The translations under genes and the position numbers were made by a program. Of a stretch of 51,886 nucleotides of DNA, positions 16,301-23,274 are shown piece by piece. How positions within the stretch are numbered: position 1 is the first letter of the stretch; each line of letters starts with the position of its first letter. The DNA is from a virus (taxonomy: Duplodnaviria; Caudoviricetes): the IMG/VR virus record IMGVR_UViG_3300037478_000544, positions 1 to 51,886 of that record. The stretch is one strand, 5' to 3'. Below the pieces are notes generated by a model, which worked only from the letters and a program-made list of their open reading frames with translations, was not told the DNA's origin and ran no database searches.

Positions 16301-16463
16301 CAACAGCATGGACGCGTGGGCATGGGAGTCGCCGACCCTCACCTTCCGGTATGAGGAGCGGTCAGGTCCGACGTTCATCGACCTGGCGCTGTTCGGCTAC
16401 TTCGCGACCCACCTGCTGCGCCCGGTGGGGCTCAGCGCGGTCCGTACCACCGCCGGGATCTGA
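13326..16463 (+). CDS. Portal - HK97-type prohead protease - major capsid fusion ORF
   Basis: Portal (ALQVPAV..RNLIAG, QRRQDLLDF, FLRSD...R), Ala/Pro linker, protease (LNLHHD, LDGFSIE, PAFDDARV), capsid (IPPGY.P.L, REIVDSSNPAID). No stop in 1045 codons. Confidence 0.9.
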   Translation: MAGFWRGIFGAPREQLRMEAARPHARFSLEVPQEMLEAMNGDGAVAPRMRRRDALQVPAVLRSRNLIAGTLGSLPHTVIGPDKLEVDRGTYLLGGNIDPDIANSVVLAQTYEDLLFEAISWWRVTRVGWHGFPMEAQHVPVESVHVAPVGSSMPSQQQISPDQPFPVDGQVFIDGIPVGDREVIRFDSPNPPLLVHAARAIRTCLKLDRAAALYSDDPVPLGYFEPQEGTDGLSSEAGSANDGTDRSEVDALLDEWQLSRSRRAWGYVQGVTAKSLQWNPEQLQLAAQRQHAVLEIARAAGVDPEDLGVSTTSRTYQNGEQRRQDLLDFNLGAYVSAVQDRLSMRDVLPRGYIARVRLAGFLRSDTKTRMETYKIGLEVGAYTQDEVRELEDRPALTPAQRAAAQQRAAPATPPASPANGQNGRTPAMNLQPVKFSRTTGDEVVRVQFDDDEVAETFQVDAERRTITGMVVPWNKVARSGFSKWRFAPDSLRWSDVSRVKLNLHHDFSQLVGRATRLQSGNRGLVATFKVGRGPEGDRALSGAEDRILDGFSIEVDFNDDLGDQWQPDPSDESVRLVRQASLRGTALTGMPAFDDARVTRVAATREGKGVMPEKKEPAPDAQFDLDNYVTKVGESMAASHKQLVEGLTESIGESVSTGIKAALENIYDPQRDGPQPVRAARYTVGREAPVYTLNGAGPCLVRDAWNSRFHGDSDAYERLKKFHFQTEEMAKVATSRLQFATSHALQFTPSDTSTASEVIPPGYRPDLFVPQMVQQRPFVNALSRGTISNATPFVVPVFGSATGATANHVEGTGPSDGTLAFDTTTVTPGAVSGLLKLTREIVDSSNPAIDQIALAAMRESYAQQTESKVYTMLNTAQSGTITSGFATSGAQVSDTTTADGAALLAAVRTQLALYPFRRFAAPNQALMSQRATTFFATAVDDVNRPLLPSVGAQNTSGLGNAVTQGWFVDGLAHVPAWAITEVGAGEGDVFTLNSMDAWAWESPTLTFRYEERSGPTFIDLALFGYFATHLLRPVGLSAVRTTAGI

Positions 16464-16465
16464 TC

Positions 16466-16744
16466 ATGATCCGGTGTGGTGGTTGGGTTGACCATGGCGA
16501 CGGGAAGGGCTGGGTGCTCTACGTGCCCGGCCCGCCCGCCGGCGAGTCGACGCCGGCCAGTGTTGAGCAGGAGCCTCCGCCGGATCCTCAGTTGGAGCAG
16601 GCGGCCGACGGGCAGCCGGACAAAGCTTCCTGCCCCGACTGCGGCCGCGAGTTCGCGGTCAACAAGGACGGCAGCCTGCGCAAGCACACCTGTGTGATCG
16701 GCGCCCCGGCGGTGGAGGTCACCTTCGGCGACGGGCCTGGATGA
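16466..16744 (+). CDS. Small Zn-ribbon protein
   Basis: CPDCGREF...LRKHTC; lies between capsid and adaptor genes. Confidence 0.65.
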   Translation: MIRCGGWVDHGDGKGWVLYVPGPPAGESTPASVEQEPPPDPQLEQAADGQPDKASCPDCGREFAVNKDGSLRKHTCVIGAPAVEVTFGDGPG

Positions 16745-17106
16745 TGGACTGGCCACCGGTGTTGGACGAGCTGAAGGAGGATCTGCGCTCCCGCGGCGAA
16801 GACCCGGTCGCGTTGGATGTTGACGACGACCGGCTACAGACCGTGCTCGACGCGTCGGTCAGCTTCGTACGCCGGGTGCGGCCCAGGTTCAACTACGACG
16901 GCGACCTGGGCAGCACGCTGCCGGAGCCGACCGCGGATCTGGTGTTGGGCACGGTGCGGCTGGCATCGCGGTGGCACACCCGCCGCCGCTCCCCGGACGC
17001 GCTGATCGAGATGGGTGAGCTGGGCGCCTCCCGGGTCCCCAGCTTCGACCCGGACATTGACCGGCTGCTGCGAATCGGCCGTCACGCCCTTCCGGTGGTG
17101 GGCTGA
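16741..17106 (+). CDS. Head-tail connector/adaptor (gp6-like)
   Basis: Position; LGTVRLASRWHTRRRSPD...FDPDIDRLL. Confidence 0.8.
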   Translation: MMDWPPVLDELKEDLRSRGEDPVALDVDDDRLQTVLDASVSFVRRVRPRFNYDGDLGSTLPEPTADLVLGTVRLASRWHTRRRSPDALIEMGELGASRVPSFDPDIDRLLRIGRHALPVVG

Positions 17107-17480
17107 TGGCCGGCGAGGTGAAGGCGGCAGCGGAGGCGCTGGAGGCCGCGCTGCGCACGGTCGACGGGCTGCGTGTGTTCCGGGACCCGGGGGCGACCGT
17201 CGACCCGCCGGCGGCGATCCTGGGGGCCCCGGCGTTGGGCTGGCGCGCGTTCTGCCCCGCGCCTACCAGTGCACGGTTCACCGTGTTCGTGGTGGTGGCG
17301 GCCAACGAGCGGGCGATGGAGCAGCTGTGGGATCTGGTTCCGGTGGTCGCCGCGGCCGTGGAGGAGCAGGTGCAGGAGGCGTCGGTGCGCGACGGGGACG
17401 CGGCTGCCCTGCCGACGACGTTCCCCACCGGTGGCAGCAACCTGCCTGCGTACGCCATCGAGATTGATTACGAGCTTTAG
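17106..17480 (+). CDS. Tail terminator/completion protein
   Basis: Position before the major tail gene; 121 of 124 aa identical to 51418-51792. Confidence 0.7.
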   Translation: MAGEVKAAAEALEAALRTVDGLRVFRDPGATVDPPAAILGAPALGWRAFCPAPTSARFTVFVVVAANERAMEQLWDLVPVVAAAVEEQVQEASVRDGDAAALPTTFPTGGSNLPAYAIEIDYEL

Positions 17481-17490
17481 GGAGGGTGCC

Positions 17491-17898
17491 ATGACCGTCC
17501 ACAACCGGCGACACAAGCTGGTCCAGTTGTCCGTCGGCGGCAACCAGTTCGAATGCCAGGTCCGGTCGTGGACCCTGGAAAGCGGCGAGCAGGACGGGGA
17601 ACGCCAGTTCACGTTCTGCCCGGACGGCGAGTTCGTCGAAGAGACCGACCCGGAGCCGTCGCTGGAGCTGGAGTTCTTCGGGGACTGGCGCTCCGGCGGC
17701 ATCTCCGACTACCTGTGGGAGAACCGGGGCCAGGAAGCGGCGTGCACGATCGTGCACCACCCGGGCACCGTCGGCGAGACGGTGCAGTTCTCCGGGACGG
17801 TGCGGCTGAAGGCCCCGCCGGTCGGTGGCGAGGCGCGCACCACCGAGATCCAGACGGTGACCCTGATGGTCACCAACCTTGAGTACGTGCGGATCTAG
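17491..17898 (+). CDS. Major tail (tube) protein
   Basis: GGAGG RBS; FECQV...TFC.DG...G+SDYLW.N.G...FSGTV...PVGG pattern. Confidence 0.8.
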   Translation: MTVHNRRHKLVQLSVGGNQFECQVRSWTLESGEQDGERQFTFCPDGEFVEETDPEPSLELEFFGDWRSGGISDYLWENRGQEAACTIVHHPGTVGETVQFSGTVRLKAPPVGGEARTTEIQTVTLMVTNLEYVRI

Positions 17899-17907
17899 GA
17901 GGTCCTG

Positions 17908-18420
17908 ATGTCTATGGAGTCGAAGTTGCTGGTCTCGGCATCGGGGAAGCTCACCCAGAGCCAGGACCTGGGCAATGCGGTGGCCACCGCGCTGAAGTCG
18001 CTGAACGTCAGCCTGGTCGACGGGGTTGCCGCTGGGCAGGCCGACCTGCTGTTCGCCGACACCCGCACCCTGGCCGCCTCGGCGAACGAGGATCTCGACC
18101 TGGCCGGGACGATGCTGCAGGATCCGCTGGGCGCCGACCTGAGCTTCCTGCGGGTGAAGGCGCTGCTGGTGGTTGCCGCCCCCGCGAACGTGAACAACGT
18201 GGTGGTCGGCAACTCGGCCACCGCCACGTGGATTCCGCTGCTCGGTGCCACCGGCACGGTCACCCTGCGGCCGGGGGCCGCGTTCGCCGCGTTCGCCGGG
18301 GCCGCCGACGCCACCGGCTACGCGGTGGTAGCGACCACCGGGGACCTGCTCCGGGTGACCAACAGCGGCGCCGGTTCCACGGTCAGCTACGACATCCTCG
18401 TAATCGGTGCATCAGCATGA
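17908..18420 (+). CDS. Beta-rich structural/decoration protein
   Basis: AGGAGG RBS; DTRTLAASANEDLDLAG motif; inside the tail operon. Confidence 0.65.
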   Translation: MSMESKLLVSASGKLTQSQDLGNAVATALKSLNVSLVDGVAAGQADLLFADTRTLAASANEDLDLAGTMLQDPLGADLSFLRVKALLVVAAPANVNNVVVGNSATATWIPLLGATGTVTLRPGAAFAAFAGAADATGYAVVATTGDLLRVTNSGAGSTVSYDILVIGASA

Positions 18421-18856
18421 TGACCTTCAAGGTCATCCCTGATGGTGGTGAGCCGTACCAGGTGACCGCCCACTCCAGGGATGTCCTGGTCTGGGAGAAG
18501 AGTGGCAAGGGTCGCACGTTCTCCCAGTTGGCCGACCATCTGAGCATGACCGACATGTACGGGCTGGCGTTCGTCGCGGCCCGCCGGCAGGGCATGTTCT
18601 CCGGCACCCTGCAGGACTTCGAGCAGTCGGCGGACATGATGCCGGTTGACGTCGACGAGGACGACGAAGATCCGGACCCTACCCACGCGGCTCCCTCAGC
18701 CGCACCCTCGTCGAACTCGCAGTCGCCACCGGCATCCCGCCCACCGTCTGGGCGGAAGAGGGCTACCAGTCGATCGTGACCGCGTTGGAGGTGCTGAACA
18801 GGGCGCACAGTGAGGGCCAGCCAACAGGCCAGTTGGGTCGGCAAATGTCCGGATAG
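18417..18856 (+). CDS. Tail assembly chaperone (0 frame ends 18779; predicted -1 frameshift extension to 18856)
   Basis: After DPDP the 0 frame becomes low-complexity, while the -1 frame reads PYPRGSLSRTLVELAVATGIPPTVW...MSG-stop. Confidence 0.7.
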
Positions 18857-18868
18857 GAGGTGCGCGCC

Positions 18869-19324
18869 ATGGCCAAGAAGACCAGCCTCACTATGACGGT
18901 GCGCATCGAAAACTTGGACGCCACGCTGAAAGCGTTCCGCCAGCTGCCGAAGGATGCCAACAACGAGCTGCGGGACCGGGCCAAAAGCCTGGCGCAGACA
19001 CTGGCCGGCAAGGTGAAGGCCGCAGCCGCCTCTGACCAGTCACCACAGGCCGCTCTGCTGGTGCCGACGATCCGGGCCCGGCGGGACCGGGTGCCGGTGA
19101 TCGCCGCCGGCGGGGCCAAGCGGGTCGGTAGCAGGCGGGTGCCGGCGTGGGTTGTGTTGTTCGGCGCAGAGTTCGGGTCCAACAGGTTCCCCCAGTTCGG
19201 CAAGCCACATACCGGTCGCCAGGGTTCGTGGCTGTTCGGCGTGGCAGACCGGGAGCAGGCCACGATCGAGCGGGAGTGGAACGCCGCAGCCGATGAGATC
19301 GCCGCCAAATGGGGTGACCGCTGA
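18869..19324 (+). CDS. HK97 gp10-like virion morphogenesis protein
   Basis: Basic protein with FGAEFG and SWLF motifs; AGGAGG RBS. Confidence 0.65.
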   Translation: MAKKTSLTMTVRIENLDATLKAFRQLPKDANNELRDRAKSLAQTLAGKVKAAAASDQSPQAALLVPTIRARRDRVPVIAAGGAKRVGSRRVPAWVVLFGAEFGSNRFPQFGKPHTGRQGSWLFGVADREQATIEREWNAAADEIAAKWGDR

Positions 19325-20937
19325 TGGCCGCCGGGGTGCGCACTTTGGTCGTGAAATTCGTTGGCGATGCTTCCGGGTTGACGTCGGCGTCGAAGACGGC
19401 TCAAACCCAACTGGAGAAGGGCAAGCAGTCGTTCGGCAAGCTGAACAAGGCCGCTGTGTTCACCTCCGGCTTGGTGGTGGGCGCGTTCGGGCTGTGGGCC
19501 AAGGGCGCTATCGCGGCGGCTGAGGAAGGTGTTGCCGCCGAGAAGAAACTCACGAACGTGTTCGAGCAGATGGGTGGCACGGGAACGGAGACGTTCGCCC
19601 AGCTGGGGGACGCGGCCAAGTCGATCGGTAAGGACATAGCGCAACCGGCAACCGAGATCACTAAGGTACAGACGAAGCTGGGCACGTTCGGCAAAGTCTG
19701 GGAAGACCCGATCAAGGGTGCGGAGAACTTCAACCGGGCCACCGTGCTGGCATTCGACCTGGAAGCGGCCGGGTTCGGGACGGCCGACTCAAACGTCACC
19801 CAACTGGGCAAGGCTTTGCAGGACCCGACCAAGGGCATGACCGCGTTGGCCAGGGCCGGGGTGTCGTTCACCGACGCCGAGAAGGAGAAGATCAAACAAC
19901 TGCAGGAGTCCGGTAACCTGCTCGGCGCGCAGGAGATCGTCTACCAGGCATTGGAGGAACAGGTCGGTGGCACCGCCGCGGCGGGGGTGACCGACTCGGA
20001 GCGGATGCGGGTGGCGATTGGTGAGCTGTCCGAGTCGTTCGGCCGGGTGCTGCTGCCGGCGGTCAAGTCCGTGTCCGAATGGGTGCAGAAGCTGACCGGG
20101 TGGATGGAGGAGAACAAGACCACCGTCGCCATCATCGCCGGTGTGGTGGTCGGCCTGGCTGCCGCGATCCTGGCGGTGAACGTTGCGGTCAAAATCTGGC
20201 GGGCCGCGGTGGTGGTGGCCACGGCCGCGCAGTGGCTGTGGAACATCGCCATGTCGGCCAACCCGATGGGGCTGATCATCATCGTCATCGCCGCGGTTGT
20301 GGCAGCCATCGTCCTGCTGATCATCCACTGGGACACGGTTAAGAAGGTCGCCCTGCTGGTGTGGGACAAGATCTGGGGCGGGATCAAGAAGGTCTGGGAG
20401 TGGATCAAGAAGAACTGGCCGTTGCTGCTGGCGATCATCACCGGGCCGATCGGCCTGGCAGTCCTGTTCGTCGTCCGCAACTTCGACAAGATCAAGGCCG
20501 GTGCTGGGCGGGTCAAGGACTTCATTGCCGGCATCCCCGGCCGGATCAAGTCCGCGTTCTCCCGGTTGGGCGAGATCATCACCGCGCCGTTCCGGGCCGG
20601 GTTCGAAGCTGTCAAACAGATCTGGAACCGAACGATCGGCGGCAAGGGGTTCGACATCCCGAGCTGGGTGCCTCTGGTGGGTGGCAAGAGCTTCCGGTTC
20701 CCCCGGTTCCACTCCGGCGGGGTGGTGCCGGGTCCGCTGGGCCGGGAGGTGCCGATCCTGGCCCGCGCCGGCGAGCGGGTGTTGACCCGGGAGCAGGATC
20801 TGGCCGGCGGCGGCGACACAAACGTGACGGTGATCATCGACGGCCGGGCGATCGACGAGTCGCTGGTACGGGTGGTGCGTAGCCGGGACCGTGGCCTGAA
20901 ACGGCGTGTGCGTGCCGGATCGGGGGCATTCGCATGA
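19324..20937 (+). CDS. Tape measure protein (short, 537 aa)
   Basis: LGKALQDP, W-spaced helical repeats, MSANP.G hydrophobic segment, FHSGGVV...GERVL C-terminus. Confidence 0.9.
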   Translation: MAAGVRTLVVKFVGDASGLTSASKTAQTQLEKGKQSFGKLNKAAVFTSGLVVGAFGLWAKGAIAAAEEGVAAEKKLTNVFEQMGGTGTETFAQLGDAAKSIGKDIAQPATEITKVQTKLGTFGKVWEDPIKGAENFNRATVLAFDLEAAGFGTADSNVTQLGKALQDPTKGMTALARAGVSFTDAEKEKIKQLQESGNLLGAQEIVYQALEEQVGGTAAAGVTDSERMRVAIGELSESFGRVLLPAVKSVSEWVQKLTGWMEENKTTVAIIAGVVVGLAAAILAVNVAVKIWRAAVVVATAAQWLWNIAMSANPMGLIIIVIAAVVAAIVLLIIHWDTVKKVALLVWDKIWGGIKKVWEWIKKNWPLLLAIITGPIGLAVLFVVRNFDKIKAGAGRVKDFIAGIPGRIKSAFSRLGEIITAPFRAGFEAVKQIWNRTIGGKGFDIPSWVPLVGGKSFRFPRFHSGGVVPGPLGREVPILARAGERVLTREQDLAGGGDTNVTVIIDGRAIDESLVRVVRSRDRGLKRRVRAGSGAFA

Positions 20938-21785
20938 TCACATCCGTGTTCTTCGACGACACGTGGCGGGTCAGGCTCACCCTGTCAGGCCTGCCGGCTG
21001 GCACGGTCAACGTGGAGCGGTCCACCAACCAGCTGTTCTGGCAGATGGTTCGGGGCGGGGAAGAACTTCCGATCGTCGGCGGTGCGGCGGTGTTGGACGA
21101 CTGGGACGGGTACGCCGAAGGCGTACCTAACCACTACCGGGTAACACAGACCAGCTTGGAGGACCTTGTGGACGTTTTCACCTCGTCCGGCACCTGGACC
21201 AAACCAGCCGGCCTGGTCGCCGCGAAGGTGACCGTCGCCGCGTCTGGCGCCGGTGGCCAGGGCCTGGCGGCGAACAGCAACGCGGCCGGCGGCGGTGGTG
21301 GTGCCGGGGCCACGACCATCGCGTGGATACCGGCCGCAGACCTGGGGGCGACCGAGACGGTGACCGTGCCTGCTGGCGGTGCCGGTGGGGTTGGTGCCGC
21401 GGCGCCCAGTGGTGGCGCCACGGCAACCTTCACCGTCACCGGAGGCACCGACGTAACTGCTGCCGGCGGCGGGATACCGTCGGTTGGGACCGGCGGCGGG
21501 GGGGCTAGCACCGGGACTGGCGGGACGGTGTTTGCTGGCGGCGCGGGTAACAGTGGTTCGGTCGGGTCATCTGATGCCGCAGGAGGCAACGGCGGCGCCA
21601 GCTACTGGGGTGGTGGAGGATTGGGCGCCCGCGGCCGTGGCGCATCTGGTGCCGCAGCCGGATCCAATGGCGTGGCTCCCGGGTCGGGTGGCGGCGGGGC
21701 GAACGTCGCCGCCTCTGGCACTGAACAGAACGGCGGCAACGGTGCCCCTGCCAGGGTCGTCGTCGAGCACATCTTCGCCGGGTGA
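20934..21785 (+). CDS. Minor tail protein with glycine-rich domain
   Basis: N-terminal beta domain followed by FTSSGTWTKP and GxGG repeats. Confidence 0.8.
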   Translation: MITSVFFDDTWRVRLTLSGLPAGTVNVERSTNQLFWQMVRGGEELPIVGGAAVLDDWDGYAEGVPNHYRVTQTSLEDLVDVFTSSGTWTKPAGLVAAKVTVAASGAGGQGLAANSNAAGGGGGAGATTIAWIPAADLGATETVTVPAGGAGGVGAAAPSGGATATFTVTGGTDVTAAGGGIPSVGTGGGGASTGTGGTVFAGGAGNSGSVGSSDAAGGNGGASYWGGGGLGARGRGASGAAAGSNGVAPGSGGGGANVAASGTEQNGGNGAPARVVVEHIFAG

Positions 21786-21791
21786 TGCGCC

Positions 21792-22346
21792 ATGTCTGAG
21801 ACCACGACGATCACACCCAGCCACGGCGGGAAGATCATCCTCAAGTCGGTGAAGTTCCCGTTCCTCAACCGGCCCGTCGTGGTCACCGACTTCACCGACC
21901 CGGCGCTCGGCGATCGGGGTGGCATGGCCGAGGTGTCCGGCCGGTCCATGCCCATCTCCACCCCCGACCAGCGGGCGTCACACAGCTTCGACGTGGAGCT
22001 GAGCACCGACACCCCGGTCGAGGCCCGCAACATGCAGATCATCTTGATTGCCAACCCGCACCTGTTCATTCACACCCCGAACGGGTGCGTGGTGCCCGGT
22101 GGACACGTCCGCGTCGGCGACGTCGCCCCGAACCGGCGCACCCGATCGGCCGGGTCGCCCCGCCGGTACTGGCGGCTGCCGTGCCGGCTGGTCGCCCCAC
22201 CCGGGGCGGGTGTGACCGGCGGAACCATGACCTTCGCGGCGCTGCTGGACTTGTACGGCAGCTTCGACAACATGCTCGCCGCGAACTCCACGTTCGACGA
22301 CCTGCTCGCGTTGATGGCCACCCCCGAATCGCTGGTAACACTATGA
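21792..22346 (+). CDS. Minor tail protein (distal-tail-like)
   Basis: Position after the TMP; LKSVKFPFLN...RYWRLP. Confidence 0.65.
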   Translation: MSETTTITPSHGGKIILKSVKFPFLNRPVVVTDFTDPALGDRGGMAEVSGRSMPISTPDQRASHSFDVELSTDTPVEARNMQIILIANPHLFIHTPNGCVVPGGHVRVGDVAPNRRTRSAGSPRRYWRLPCRLVAPPGAGVTGGTMTFAALLDLYGSFDNMLAANSTFDDLLALMATPESLVTL

Positions 22347-22366
22347 CCAAGAGGGTGGTGATCTAG

Positions 22367-23041
22367 ATGGGTACGACCGTCCCGTACGGGCTGCGGTTCC
22401 CGGTCGGCACCGACGTGCCGAACGTGCCGGTCCGGATCCGGGACCTGGCCGAGGACGTCAACGACCAGATCCTGCGGGTCGACGACGATGCGGCTACCCT
22501 GAGCGCCGCCGCGGCCGCGGCAACCTTGGCTGCCAGCAACATCAAAGTCCTCGGCACGATCAACTCCGGTGCCGGCACCAACACCACCGAGTTCTCCGGC
22601 ATCGACCAGACCTACCGCGACCTGCTGATCATCTGGCAGGGGATCAGCGACGGCTCCGGTGAGATCGACTCGCTAGCTGTCAGGTTCAACGGCGACAGCG
22701 GCGACAACTACCACAGCCGGCTGACACGTCCCCTGGCTGCCGGCGACTTCATGGCCACCGACGGCGCGCTGGATAACTACACGTTCTCGGTGTTGCGCGC
22801 CGGCTATGTGGGGACGCTGTTGAGCGCCGGGACCATATGCATTCCCAACTATGCCGGCGGCGGTCAGAAGTTGGCCACCGGTGCCAACATCGCCGTCGGG
22901 CAGTCGGGTGCCACCAACATTTTCCCGGTCAACGCCGGCGGCCGATGGACCGGCACCGATGCAATCACCAGCATCCGCATCTGGCCGTCGGGGCAACTGT
23001 GGCAGGGCAACCCTCATCTCACCTTGCTCGGGTTGCGGTAG
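22367..23041 (+). CDS. Minor tail / fibre-like protein
   Basis: YGLRFP..DVPNVP..LAEDV N-terminus; FSGIDQTYRDL...AITSIRI C-terminal domain. Confidence 0.75.
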   Translation: MGTTVPYGLRFPVGTDVPNVPVRIRDLAEDVNDQILRVDDDAATLSAAAAAATLAASNIKVLGTINSGAGTNTTEFSGIDQTYRDLLIIWQGISDGSGEIDSLAVRFNGDSGDNYHSRLTRPLAAGDFMATDGALDNYTFSVLRAGYVGTLLSAGTICIPNYAGGGQKLATGANIAVGQSGATNIFPVNAGGRWTGTDAITSIRIWPSGQLWQGNPHLTLLGLR

Positions 23042-23049
23042 GAGGCGTC

Positions 23050-23274
23050 ATGGCCAAGTGCAGGTGCGGCGCGACCGGAGACGCCGGCGAGCTGCTGGAG
23101 CATGCGATCTCGGCCCTGGCCAACCCGGAGGACCGGCGGGTGCACGGTTGGGACGGTGAGGCGGAGCGGGTCGCACAGGCTCGAGCCAGCCGCCGGCGTG
23201 CCGAGCAGGTGCGCCAGGCCTTGGCCGACGCTGCCGGGGTGAGCGTGGCCGAGCTGCGGGAGGCGTTGCGCTGA
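23050..23274 (+). CDS. Hypothetical protein (possible fibre chaperone)
   Basis: GGAGG RBS; TGATG coupling to the next gene. Confidence 0.6.
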   Translation: MAKCRCGATGDAGELLEHAISALANPEDRRVHGWDGEAERVAQARASRRRAEQVRQALADAAGVSVAELREALR

